Shown here in pieces: positions 24,950 to 37,577 of a DNA stretch of 64,000 nt. The DNA comes from Hypanus sabinus (Eukaryota), in the NCBI RefSeq assembly GCF_030144855.1, contig NC_082732.1, positions 18,414,001-18,478,000 on the forward strand. Direction: 5' to 3'. The notes under the pieces are model-generated. The model saw only the letters and a program-made list of their open reading frames with translations, had not been told where the DNA came from and made no database searches. A program made the translations under genes and the position numbers. Positions within the stretch are counted from its first letter, which is position 1. The number at the start of each line of letters is the position of its first letter.

Positions 24950-25742
24950 ATCAGAATCAGTCACCGACGTGTGTCGTGAAATTTGTTGCTATGTTTTAGT
25001 AGTTAAAACTAAATTAAGTCAGTAGTGAGGCAGTGTTCATGGGTTCAATGTGCTTTCAGAAATCGGATGGCAGAGGGGAAGAAGCTGAGTGTGTGGGCCT
25101 TCAGGCTCCTGTACCTCATCGTGATCATAGCAATGAGAAGAGGGCATATCCTGGTGACGCACCATCAATAACTCACTCTGAGACGTGAGGCGAGATATCG
25201 GCTTTTATTGACTGGAAGAAGGAACAAGCAGTACTTGACCACCATTCTACATCCTGGAGACTGAGAGGCCGGGCTCAGGCCTCAATCGCCTTTATACAGG
25301 GGTCTGTGGGAGGAGCCACAGGAGCAGTCAACAGGGAGCATGTCCAGACAGGTATATGTAGTTCACCACACCTGGGTAATGGGGGTCCTTCATGGTGGAT
25401 GCTGCCTTTTTGAGGCATTGCTCTTTCAAGATGTTCTGGATGCTGGGGAGGCTGACGCCCATGTTGGAGCCGACAGCTGTCTGCAGTTTATATCGATCCT
25501 GTGCAGTGACCAACCCACCCCCCACACCCCCATAACCAGATGGTCATGTAGCCAGTTAGAATGCTCTCCACAGTATGTCTGTAGAAATTTACAAGTGTCT
25601 TTGGTAACAAACAAAATCTCCTCAAGCTCCTAATGAGATATAGCCACTAGCATGCTTCTTTGTCATTGCATCAATTTGTTGGGCCCAGGATAGATCCTTG
25701 GAGATGTCGACACTCGTGAAATTGAAGTTGCTCACTCTTTCG
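24950..25742 (-). mobile_element. Rex1/Babar-type LINE 3' end interrupted by a solo LTR
   Basis: EQCLKKAASTMKDPHYPG motif and (AATCAG)n tail at the left end. Confidence 0.8.
25155..25370 (-). mobile_element. 216-bp solo LTR with 5-bp TSD
   Basis: TG...CA termini; CCTGG at 25150-54 and 25371-75; TATAAA and AATAAA on the minus strand. Confidence 0.85.
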
Positions 25743-26399
25743 AAGATTTCAATATAATTAACAATTATGGAATGGCAAGATATTTCCAGGTCAGGTTATG
25801 AAGGTGAAATTGCAGGGGGTAATATTCATATGCACACGTTTGAATTGTTGAGAGGTGCTGTGGAAGTCGCCTGGGGAAGTAACTGGGCTGTATTTTGTCA
25901 ACAATATACACAATAGTACCATTATGCTGGTGGAGGAGAAACCAAACTCTTAGAGTGATAGATTCAGTACCACTCAAGCAGATGGCTATACTTTGGATGG
26001 GTTAAAGACTCTCAAGTTTTGTTGGAGTTTCACTCACCTAAGTGAATGAACGGTATTCCATCATAAGTGTGATTTGTACATTGTGGTTGCTGGAATAGTT
26101 AGGGGTGTCAGGAGATGATTGACTCATTGCAGGACACCTAGACTCTGACTGTTCCTGTAGATGTGGTATTTATGTGACGGGCCTAGTTGAGTTTCTGTCA
26201 GTGGTCATTCCCGGGATGCTCCTGGTCAGGGATTTAGTGAAGATAATGAAACTGAATGTCAAGGGTAGGTAATTTGTCTTTTTGGCTGGGGATAACTATT
26301 GCCTGTCACTGTATGGTGTAAACCATGTTTGTCATTTAACAGCCAATACCTAAACGTTGTCTGTTTATGATGTAGCTGTAGGTTGTTTCATATAGACTT

Positions 26400-27172
26400 C
26401 TGGTACGTTTGCACGCAGCAGCCTCTCAGGAGCCAACGAAAGGAGATCCTTCCTTTGTTAAGTATGTTTTTTATGATCACAAGGCAACCTTACTCCAAGA
26501 ACTTCCAGTACTGCAGGACTGCACCATCAGTGAGCTGTTCATTGATTGGAGTAGCTGGACGGATATCGGCGCTGGAGCTGGCCAAGCGTAGAAAGGGCTG
26601 GCCAGGATGTCGGAGGAGCTAACCTGGCTGCGTGCTGCATGCAGCATAACCATGGGAGATAGTCTTGGGCATTTCGCTTGTGATCGCAAGCCTCCATTGC
26701 ACAGTGATAATGTGAGTAGCTGTAGGCCTGTTACACCTGTCTGGTGGCAGGACAGTCAACGCGGAAGCTGTGTGACCTTGGTTGGAGCAAGGACTGGGCC
26801 TCAAGTCGAGGACTTGCCTAATGCTGCAGGCCAGGAGAGGAAATGCCGGAGGTGGTGGAACGTGGCGTCTATACATGGCAGGGGACTGGCCTCTCTCATT
26901 GGTGCTGCCCTTCCGTGTTCAAGTGGAGGAATAACAGGCTGGATTGCGTGCATCTGTGCACAGCTTGGAGACTGTACCATCAATTGCAGGGCATGTCTCT
27001 GAGGATCTTGGACTATATATGTGTTTTTTAAATATCGTGAATATGCTTCTTTGCTTACTATCTTGAATGAGCTACTTTGTTTGTTTTGCACCTTGGCCCC
27101 AGAGGAATACTGTTTCATTCATTGTATCTATCATGGTTGAATGAAAACTAAACTTTGATTGATTTGATTTGA
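26400..27172 (+). mobile_element. Unclassified non-autonomous retroposon with (ATTTG)n tail
   Basis: CpG-retaining body ending in AAACTTTGATTGATTTGATTTGA; interrupts the old LINE. Confidence 0.4.
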
Positions 27173-29908
27173 TATACCATCTACTATTATGCGTGGCATG
27201 ACTCTAGTCACTGGAGTGGTTTCTCTTGATATCTGTTAACGTTGGAGTTGTTAGGGGTCTTTCATGTCACTCCCAATTAAGTCTGAATGTCAAGTGTAGT
27301 TTAAGCTCAACTCAGTGCTTGGACTAAAGTTGTGACAATAGCTAGAAATGAGTGATTGTAGCATTGTGACCAGTTCTGGTTGCTGCAGGAATGATATGGT
27401 GGCAGTAGAAAGGGTGCAAGAGAAGATTCCACAACATGTTGCCTGGACTGGAAGCTTTACTTATAAAGAGAGATTGGGTAGACTAGGTTTAATGTACTTT
27501 GGAATATAGTATACAGAGGAATGACCTTATACGTTCAAGTATATTTATTATCAAAGTATGTATGAAATTTACAACCCTGAGACTTCTCTTCACCACAGAC
27601 AGTCACGAAACAAGGAAGAACCATGGAACCAACCTGGTCAAAGAAAAACATGCCCCCCACACACAAAAAACTCATGCAAATGGCATCAAAAATGTGAGGA
27701 AAAAAAGAATATAAAACACAAAATCACAGAGGTTTGTACAATTTTGAGGGATAGGTGGTCTTTTTGTAGGGTGGGGGGATTCTAGGTTTAAGGAGGTTAA
27801 GTAGGTTTAAGGAGAGAGCGGAGAAATTTGAAGGCTATCGGAGAGTTAAGTTTTTTTCACAATTAAGCTTTTTTGTCATATTGGCAAGGATTTGACATTC
27901 ACTGCCAACTGAGTTGCTGGATATGAGGGTGAAAGGTGAGATGAAGGAAGCTGCTCCGGAGTAGACTGGATAAACTAAACAGCCCTCTTTATATAATTCT
28001 AAACATGGGGCTGTTTTAATTGGTCACACTCATCTACTTTGATTTATAACTGCAGTACTTAAGTTCTTCAACCATGAAGATTTTCTTCCTTCATGTGTTA
28101 GTCTAGAGGAGGCTGTTTTTCACAGTGCTACACCACAGCCCAGCATGAAACCCACTTACAAACTTGTTCCAGCTGGACGTTGTGAGTCATTTCTAAGTTA
28201 TTATGAGTGGGAGGTCTGATTTATTCATCAGCAGCAATGAGGATCTTTGTCTTGTTGCAGAACTTGGCTGATTACCAGTTAGCAGTGGTGACCAGACCTT
28301 GCGGGATGTGAGGCAGTCTAGAATATCTAGGATTGCAAAGCTGCAAGGAGTTTTTGGATGTGCTGCAACCTGCCTCAGATCGGGGAGGATACTGCAGTCC
28401 CACCCCTGTCCGAAAAGACCCCCAGGCATTCTTAGACTAGATAAATCAATGCTTCACCTGACTGTGGGAAATATGGACTAGATAACACTCCAAGGAGCTC
28501 ATCAAAAAAACAAGGTCACATTCCCACTGTATGGAAATTTATACTGGCGGAAGCACTTTGAAGGAAGCACTTTTCTTGCTTTTGATTTAGTGATAAAGTT
28601 TGGATTCAATTAATTTATGTCACAAGTATTGTTTGTTCACCTCAGAACTGCTGGAGAATCTGATTAGTAGTTGAGAACTAACGTGATAGTTCAGTGGAGT
28701 TTATCTTCCGGCTATTGAGTATAAGGAAATAAAAGCAAAAACTATCTAAATTACAAAAACTGCAGACATTGAGAAACTAAAATTAAGACAGAAAATGCTG
28801 CACATACTCAGCAGGTTACACTACATCTGTAGCAAGAGAAACAGAGTTAACGTTTCCATCTGAAGACCCTTTGCTTTGACCTGAGACACTAACCATTTGT
28901 CCTCCTCTCGGTTCAGATTGAACTGCTGAATGTTTCCAGCACTTTCCGGTGCAAACACTGGTAGTGGTAATGGAGAACTTGCTGAAGAAATCCGATGCTA
29001 TCTATTACTGGGAACAATGAAGCTAAGCTTGCTTAATTTTCATTACATAACACAAAAACATGGTGTTTTAGTTCACTCTGCTTTTATCCTTCTCTCTCCC
29101 TGTGATCAGTGATCATCTCCCTACTCATCATACCAGCATCGTCTCCTTTCCCTCTTTCTACTCTCGTTCCCCCTCCCCTCTTACATCCCATTGCCCTCCT
29201 CACTAATCCATTTCTTCTCATGTCCCACATTTCCATGTCATATATTATAGTATTGGAGGCCATTTGGTTCATCAAGTCAATACTGGCTCACATAGCAATT
29301 CCATTCTCCACCTATTTTCCCAGTAACTTATTCTCCCCCACATTCCCATCAGCTCCCCCAGATCCTTACACTCTTGCACACTTCTTACATTGGGGGAAAA
29401 TTACAACAGACAACAAACCCACAAACCTACATGACTTTGGGATGCAGATGGAAACTGATGCACTGGACTCTGCATCGCAGAGAACTCAGATTGTGAAAAA
29501 GTTCAAAAGTTCAAAGTGAATTTATTATCAAAGGACATATATGTCTTCATATACTACCTGGAGATTCAGTTTCTTGCAGGCATTTATAGCAATACAAAGA
29601 AACACAATGGAGTCAATGAAAACCCACACACAACCAAAACCAAAGTGCACAAGACAACAAATTGTGCAAATACAAAAAGGAGAAAAACAGAATAATGATA
29701 ATAAGCAACAAATATTGAGAACCATGAGCTGTAGAGTTCTTGAAAGTGAGTCCATAGGTTGTGGAATCAGTTCAGTGTTGGGTTAGTGAAGCTGAGTGAA
29801 GTTAACCCCTCCAGTACCAGAGCCTGGTGGTTGATGGCGGAATGAACAGTCCACAGGAAATATCACAAGGCGAGAGAAAAGGAGGGAATCCCTTGAACCA
29901 ATTCAAAA

Positions 29909-30000
29909 TCACAAAATGCTGGCAGAACTCAGTGGGCCAGACCGCATCTATGGGAGGAGGTAGTGACGACGTTTCGGGCTGAAACCCTTCATCAGGAGTT
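29909..30000 (-). mobile_element. 92-bp Penelope pLTR-derived insertion with 8-bp TSD
   Basis: ATTCAAAA at 29901-08 and 30001-08. Confidence 0.8.
29967..29996 (-). ncRNA. Minimal hammerhead ribozyme motif, intact core
   Basis: rc c-CTGATGA-a-gggtttcagccc-GAAA-CGTC-g: conserved CUGANGA and GAAA boxes, stem II, GUC triplet and palindromic ACGU; stem I weak. Confidence 0.6.
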
Positions 30001-31847
30001 ATTCAAAACTAAGTTATTCAATATTCCCTAATTTGACTTGGACTTAGTGGGTACATAATTCACCAATTTTTCCCGTTCATTGTGATGTTGCTGTACAGTA
30101 CGTAGAGTTTCTGTACTTTGTAAATTAAGGAGACAGATTAATGTTCACTGATGGGAAAAGTCACCATTATATCACCTTGGAGGGGATCAGATTTTGGGTT
30201 CCTATTCAGTTATTGCTAGATATTGCCAACAATGGGTTCAAGAAATCCACCATCATATTGAAGCAACTCTCTCCTCAGCCTTAAGTAGAGAAGGGCAATG
30301 CAGGAGGTATTCAATGGGTCAGACAACATCCATTGTATGCCTTGGTTATGTTAAACCTGAAATATTAACTCTCTTTCTCTTTCTGTACATATTGCCCACC
30401 CTGCTGAGTTTTTACAGTATTTTCTGTTTTTATTTAAAATTTCCATTGTCTCCAGTTTTATTTTGATCATCCCCAGGTTCATGATATTGGGTTGTACAAT
30501 GTGTTCTCCTAGTGAGCTTACATCCATTACAGTTAATGTCATGTCCAAGCACATGGGCCAGCAAGCTCTTGCAATGAGAATTGCCTTTTGTCCGTGGAGG
30601 CAGAGATAAGCTCAGATTGCAGAACATGGATTGGAACTGGGGACTTTGAATTATTGTGGTCCTATATCACAATTCCCCCTTAGGATTAGAGTAGGTGATT
30701 GAACCTGGGGAGGAATGTGGGGAGAAACGATTACAGGGTACAGGGAAGAAAGGAATTGCTCTGTGAGACAGCATAGACTTGATGGACTGAATGGCCTCTT
30801 TTATGTCAGAAGGCAGTATGGAAACACGGAAAATGAGTGGAGATGGAGAAGGAAGAGGGGGAAACAGCAACATTGGAACCCAAGTGTGGAAGGAAGACAG
30901 ACTCCAATGTAGAGAAGGTGACCAGAGTTTGTTCATAAGAATTTAAACAGAACTTTGGTGGCTCGGCCAAGTGATGCTGTGAGACATAACATTTCCAGAA
31001 CTAGTACCCCGCGATTAGTGCTAATTGGGTGTCCATTTAGATAATCCAGGTAACACAGAATCCCCGAACCTATTGAAATAAGCTTAACAACTTTAAACAG
31101 AAAGCAGCAGGAGACCGAAGACCATGTCACTTGAGCAAAAACCACAAGGAATTCTAAACAATTAATAGCTGTCATGAAACAACAATTAATCAATTCAGGA
31201 GCTCTAAAAACCTTGGAGCTCAATGCTCTCTGGCCGAGGAACTAACTTCCCTTCTTTCCTGCATACCCCACTTTCCAATTTGCCTGACCCACCCCTTAGA
31301 TTTGTTGACCACAGGGCAAATAGCTGTGATCCCTGGGTTAATATATAGGTATAAGAACAAAATAGGCATTGGGCCCAACTGCATTCATGAGGATTTTGGC
31401 AATTAATTATAACGAAGCTGTTTGTGATAAAATGATCTAACAGCTAATTTTCATGTCCTTCTGAAGCTGACTGAAGGCTTAGCTGGAAAGAACACTTTAG
31501 TAACACACTTAGAAGTTACAAGAATGGGCAGACATAAGAAGATATAATGGGCTGGCAGAACCAATATAAAAATGAGTAGGGTCACTCCTCTAACTGCTAA
31601 AGCTAAGCCATTCAAAGATTCAATATCTGTGATGCTGTGCAAAGAAATCAGTTCTGATAATTACTCCAGACTCACTGCTCACTGAATTACAGAACCACTA
31701 TGCACTCCATCCTTCTTTGTCCTTTAATCTTCCAATACGGTAATAGGGTAATTATCTTCCAGCAAGAAAATTACAGGGCAAATTAGGGATTAATGACTAG
31801 GAGCACCTTCACACTGAGAATGCGGTAAAAGTGGGTGTTAATCCAAT

Positions 31848-32720
31848 CACAAACAAGAGAAAATCTGCAGGTGCTGGAAATCCAAACAACACACACAAAA
31901 TGCTGGTGGAACTCAGCAGGCCAGGCAGTGTCATGGAAAAGAGTATGGTTGACGTTTCGGGCCGAGACCCTTCGGCAGGACTGGGGAGAAAAAGATGGGG
32001 AGTAGATTTAAAGCTGGGGTGTGGGGAGGGAGAAACACAGGGTGATAGGTGAAACTGGGAGAGGAGGAGGGGTGAAGTGAAGACCTGGGAAGTTGATAGG
32101 TGGAAGAGATACAGGGCGGCAGAAGGGGGAATCTAATTGGAGAGGACAGAAGGCCATGGAAGAAAGATAAGGGGGGAGCAGCACTAAAAAGGAGATGGAG
32201 AATGGTGAAGGGGGGGGGGGAATTACCAGAAGTTTGCAAAAATGATGATCATGCCATCAGGTTGGAGGCTACCCAGACAGAATATAAGGTGTTGTTCCTC
32301 CAACCTGACTTGTGGCCCCATCGCGACCGTAGAGGAGGCCATGGATAGACATATCAGAATGGGAATGGGAAGCAGGATTAAAATGTGTGGCCACTGGGAG
32401 ACCTCGCTTCTTCTGGCAGAAGTGTAGGTGATCAGCGAAGCGGTCTCCCAATCTACATTGGGTCTCACCGATATAGAAACATAGATAACCTACAGCACAA
32501 TACAGGCCCTTCAGCCCACAAAGCTGTGCCAAACATGTCCTTACCTTAGATATTGTGGGAGCACCAGATACAGTATATGACCCCAACAGACTCACTCCAA
32601 CAGACTCGGTGTCACCTCACCTAGAAGGATTGTTTGGGGCCCTGAATAGCAGTGAGGGAGGAGGTGTAGGGGCAGGTGTAGCACTTGTTCTGCTTGCAAG
32701 GATAAGTTCAGGAGGGATGA
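31848..32720 (-). mobile_element. Penelope-like element 3' end (GIY-YIG endonuclease remnant plus pLTR with hammerhead motif at 31948-31983)
   Basis: YIGETQCRLGDRFADHL..PVATHFN..LEEQHLIFCLGSLQPDG; small CR1-tail insert at ~32470-32550; hammerhead core reads CTGCCGA (A6 mutated). Confidence 0.88.
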
Positions 32721-32878
32721 ACGCATTTCACAGAAACAGCAGACTATGTGGAAGTACTCAGTAGGTCAGACAGCATCTCTTCAGAAAGAAACAGAAGTAT
32801 CATTTCAGGTCAATAGCTTTTCATCCTCAGATGCTTCACGATCTGCTGAATGCATTCAAAATGTTCTGATTCATTTCT

Positions 32879-33011
32879 CAAACAAGTGAAAATCTGCAGA
32901 TGCTGGAAATCCAAGTAATACACATTAAATGCTGGAGGAACTCAGCAGGCCCGGCAGCATCTATGGAAAAGAGTACAGTCGACACTTTGGACCGAGACCC
33001 TTCAGCAGGAT
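32879..33011 (-). mobile_element. Short Penelope pLTR-derived insertion with mutated hammerhead
   Basis: Flanked by near-identical TGATT(C/T)ATTTCT at 32867-78 and 33012-23. Confidence 0.7.
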
Positions 33012-33675
33012 TGATTTATTTCTGATTTTTGCAATGTTGCTTTTGAACACACATTACATGGCAGGTTTTGAAACAACTGCATATCCTGTAAGGCTACTTA
33101 AATGCAGAAATCATGGGAGATTGCCCTGCTTTCAAAACATCAACGAGCAATGAGATTTTATAATACTTCACTCGTCACTATGACTTCAATTAGCCTATTA
33201 TTCCAGGTTATTTCATTAAATAAGTCAAGTTAAATATCTCAGTGCTCTGCTGGGTTTTGAATTCAGGAGTGCAGATCCTTGGATGATGAGTTTACTGAGT
33301 CAGCACTGTTTCGCCATAACCTGCATCCCTATGCTGCCAATTCCCTATGCCTTTCTCTTCAAACCTACGCTTAAAGGCTGAGATGATGTTTACACTCAGT
33401 GGATACTTTATTAGGTGCCTCCTGTACCTAATAAAGAGGCCACCGAGTGTACGTTCGTGATCTTCTGCTGCTGTAGCCCATCCACTTCAAGGACCGACGT
33501 GTTGTGCATTCAGAGATGCTCTTCTTCACACCATGGTTGTAATATGTGGTTGTTAGAGATACACTCACCTTCCTGTCTGGCCATTCTCCTCTGTGCTCTC
33601 TCATTAACAAGGCATCTTCAGCCACAGAACTGGATGGTTTCTCTTTTTTTGCAGCATTTTCTGTAAACTCTAGAC

Positions 33676-34953
33676 CAGGGAGGGCCAACCAATGGAGCAT
33701 GCACCAAAAGTGGTGCATTGGATAATTAGAAGTGGCGCATTGCACCCCAGTGATAATAATAAAAACAGTAAGCCTACTCATGTTAAAAGTATTAACCAAA
33801 AACCGATCTGTAGAAAAAAAAATCTGCAACAGGAATTCAAGCAGCTTAGAGCTAGAAATGGGTTTTACTGAGAATAAATCTAAATCTTAGCAATTATTTT
33901 TAGCGATTTCATTATTTCGTGCACATCTTTTGGTGAATGTTATCTTCTTTCTCATTAATCTGTTGTCAATTAAAAAAATGTTCAATGAGTCAAACTAGGA
34001 AAGAAGGACTTTTGTTCTGCAGTCGCTCCCTAACTGTTCAATACACATTTGATAGTTGTTTGATCCTGAGGCGCCAGGCGTCTGCACCAGCGGTGCGTCG
34101 CAGGTTCTTGCCAGTCAGTTTACAATTGACGCTCGTGCGCTACGGAGTTGTGCTTTGTTCGTGCGTTGTGAACATTTGCAGTTTTGTACTTTTTTGAAAA
34201 TTAAGCCTTGTTTTTACATTCAGTTATCCATTGCAGTGCAAAAGAAATTGAGCAAAGGAAAAGCAGAAAGGGATAGTAAGCGTGAATTCAATAAACAGTG
34301 GGAAAATGAATGCCTATTTATAGCGGGTCTGTCAGGAAAACTGTTGTGCATTGTTTGTGAAAACACTTTCTCACATAATAGAAGATATTGTGGTGACCCA
34401 TTTCCTGGCACATCCGAACCGGCTCACAATTAGCCAGCTTTCCGGCTAAGGGAGATAGCCTACGGGGGTTTGAGAGCACAGAGCTTTGGAGCCTCTGCAC
34501 CACGGGGGGCAGGTTGAGGGAGGCTTAAAACTGAGGCTGAGGATTTTGAATAAAGTTTTTCCTTCGACTGCAGTTACCGACTCCGTGTCGTAATTTTAGC
34601 GCTGCATGTAGCACACCGCTACAATATGATCTTAATAGACACTATAAAACACAACAATAGACTGAAATAGAAGGAAAACTGAAGCTCATGCTTGGGTCTG
34701 AGTTACGGAAAGAATATATGATTAAGAAAAAGGAAGAAATCAAAAGAAGACAAAATATATTTGTTAAAAGTCTCATTAATGTAAGTAATGTTTATCTTGT
34801 TTTATGTTAAATCAATATATCATGTAAAATGCTAAATATGTCTATAGTAACATATTTTACAAGAATTGAACGGGGGTACAAGAGTTGTATGGCGCATCTG
34901 AACTCGTGTGTTAAAAAATTGAAGCATGGAATGTAAAAGGTTGGCCACCCCTG
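33676..34953 (+). mobile_element. hAT (Charlie-like) deletion derivative
   Basis: 8-bp TSD CTCTAGAC (33668-75, 34954-61); TIRs CAGGGAGGGCCAACC / GGTTGGCCACCCCTG; BED-finger-like KREFNKQWENECLF..LLCIVCENTFSHNRRY|DLNRHYKT. Confidence 0.92.
34389..34623 (+). mobile_element. 235-bp solo LTR with 4-bp TSD, inserted in the hAT transposase
   Basis: TGTGG...CTACA termini; ATAT TSD (34385-88, 34624-27); AATAAA at ~34549; the transposase frame rejoins when the LTR is removed. Confidence 0.9.
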
Positions 34954-35339
34954 CTCTAGACTGTTGTGTGTGAGAATCCCAGGAGATCAGCTGTTTTTGA
35001 GATGCTCCACCCACTCTATCTGACACCGACAATCATTCCATGGTCAAAATCACCTAGATCACATTTCTTCCCCATTCTGATGTTTAGTCTGAACAACAAC
35101 TGAATCTCTTGACCATGTCTGCATGTTTTTATGTATTGAGTTGCTGCTACATGATTGGCTGATTAGATATTTATATAAATGAGCAGGCATGTGTAATAAA
35201 GTGGCCATTAAATGTATGATTGCACCAGCTACATTCTAGAACCATTGTTGGTGCCCAAGTTCAGCACAATTACGAGACTGACCTTGAAAGTTCCTGGGAG
35301 GTATAATAAAAATGCTTACATATATTACACATATTTTTA

Positions 35340-35665
35340 CAACATGGAAGGAGGCCACTCAGCCCTTTAGGTATATGGCAGCTCTCAGAGCTTTCCAATG
35401 AGTCTCATCTTCCCATTTGTTCCCTGCAAGCTATCCTCTTTCGCTTGACCATTAACTCCCCAGAATTCCTCCTGCCACCCACCTACACTGGGGCAACTTA
35501 CAGAAGACAGCAAATCTTTGGGACGTGTTTGGGAATTGGAGGACCCATGGAAAATCCACACAGTCGCAGAGAAAACATGCGCTCGGATGGCATCCAAGGT
35601 CAGGATCAAACCCAAGCTGCCTGAACTGTACACGAGCAGCACAAACTTCTGCATGACTCTGCCAC
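35340..35665 (-). mobile_element. Degenerate V-SINE
   Basis: rc CTGCGACTGTGTGGATTTTCCATGGGTCCTCCAATTCCC V-domain. Confidence 0.55.
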
Positions 35666-36485
35666 CACATATTCACAACAGTCCAGCAGGCCTGACTGTG
35701 AACAACTAGCTCCGGTTTTAACGGGCTCTGTAACCAATAGGAATGGGGTTTAAATTCCCGAACTGATACATGTGTGTGAAATCAATTCTCTCAGACTCTA
35801 AGACCTTAAATCTATTAATTTAACAAGGATTGTACACTTGTTTTGTTTAAACAAAACTGTCCTTAACCATATGAATATCAGGTTGCATCACTGACCTAGA
35901 ATACTTTCTGATCCCATAAAACATTAAACACATGCATTCCTCTCAAATCTGGTCCTTGTGGTCAAATTACAATAAAAACACAAGCCTTCTTTGAACATAG
36001 CCCTTTATATTTTTACATTTAACCATTAATTTCTCATTTTTAAAAACAATTAATTAAAGCTTCATGAGGAGTACGCTATGAATTTTGAAGCAAAGACATC
36101 CTGAAGATGCAAAGCTCAACAAACTGTATCTGGGAAACAGGCAAGGATTAGTTAAGTTGTCACAAGTTACCTTTTACTGGAGGAGTGGGAGTTTAACCGA
36201 AAGAGGAGATTCAGTGAAAAGCTATTTTCATAATGCTGGGTGTGGGAAATGGTTCTATTTATTTTTAATCTAACAAGTTTTCTTTTAATAATGCCTGAAT
36301 CAACTCTGTTTGATTTTGCAGTTTTCTGTCTAAAAGTCAAAGCCAGATGGCTGAAGGCCTGTCCTTGAGTCGGAGAACTGTCCATATGTATGGCTGTGTG
36401 GGAGGGAGGAAAGAGGTCTGTTTTGTTAATGTTTGTTTCACTGCACGTTGTACTTTCTGTTTGATGAATATTGTGGGCATGCTAT

Positions 36486-36704
36486 TGATGCACCATCAAT
36501 AACTCTGAGACGTGGGTTAAGGTAGGCTTTTATTGGCTGGAAGAAAGCACAAGCAGCAAGTGACCACACACGACATCCTGGAGACTGAGGAAGGGTCTGT
36601 ATCTCCAATCGCCTTTATACCGGGGTCTGTGGGAGGAGCCACAGGAGCAGCGGGCGGGGGGGGGGGGGGGGGCATGTCCAGACAGGTTTATGTAGTACAC
36701 CACA
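36486..36704 (-). mobile_element. 219-bp solo LTR (same family as 25155-25370) with 5-bp TSD
   Basis: TG...CA termini; GCTAT at 36481-85 and 36705-09; sits inside a SINE-like repeat (~36330-36850). Confidence 0.85.
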
Positions 36705-37577
36705 GCTATGTTGGTGCCAGAGCATGTGGCAATGTTTGGGGACTGTCTCTAGCACATCCTTAGATGTCTTGGTTGTTAATGCAAATGATACATTTCACTG
36801 TATCTTTCCAGTACATGTGATAAATAAATCTAAATCTGAATAGATCAGAATCTGAATTATTCAAATCTCCATATTTTACCACCTTCTTCAATGTACCTGC
36901 CAAATTGCTTAATTGATTCCACAATGGTGTTGAGCTGTAACTTCTGCTGAGGTTGTGGCTCAGATTTATTTATTTGTTTGGCTCATGGGGGTGGTTTTGG
37001 GGGAAAGGGAGGGGAGTTAGTGGTCAGATTAGGGTTCATGGACAAGGATGTGAGGGAATTAAAGGTCAGGCTGGAACCGAAGTCGCCACTCTGTTTCTAA
37101 GGCCGGCAACATGCACATGGGACATCCATGGCCCTGACTGGGATGTCTGGCTGGATTTTGGCCTGGCAGGCATGTGTGAATGAGGGCTGGTGGGCACCAC
37201 CCCACCTCCCATTCCCAAAACAGTGAGTGTCAGAGTTCCGTGCGGGCAGGAGGAATGAGATCCACTGATCCCCTGGGTTCACAAGTCGATGAGACCAAAG
37301 TTCGAAGCCCAGTGTTTGGTGATCAACTGGTCCTGGGGTTGAAGCTGAGGATGAAGACCCGATGGTCAAATTGGAAGTCCAGTAGTTGAATCGCATTGGC
37401 TGCAGCCCTGAGCCTGCAAATCTCTGTGACTCCGCTGAGGATGTTGAAGTCCAAAGTCTGCAACTTGGAGTCCAAGTCTACTGGAGGTTGGAGGCCAAAG
37501 AAGATGGCCTGTTCTGGGGTCAGTGGACTGTTGTATGTGCTTGGGTATGAAGGAGGATTAAGGCTTCTTTTGCTGTA

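Larger units (their letters stand above)
24830..27350 (-). mobile_element. Old LINE (CR1/L2 group) fragments hosting several younger insertions
   Basis: Pieces at ~24830-24950, ~25745-26400 and ~27170-27350 are colinear and related to 9355-9720. Confidence 0.45.
33393..35214 (-). mobile_element. Non-autonomous Tc1-family element split by a hAT insertion
   Basis: TA-CACTCAGTGG at 33391 and TAATAAAGTGGCCATTAAATG-TA at 35214; transposase remnant YNHGVKKSISECTTRRSLKWMGYSSRR. Confidence 0.88.

Noticed and set aside
28121-28165. CACAGTG heptamer suggesting a V(D)J recombination signal (also at ~10449, ~26699, ~57888)
   Set aside because: No ACAAAAACC-like nonamer at 12 or 23 bp and no adjacent V/D/J coding segment.
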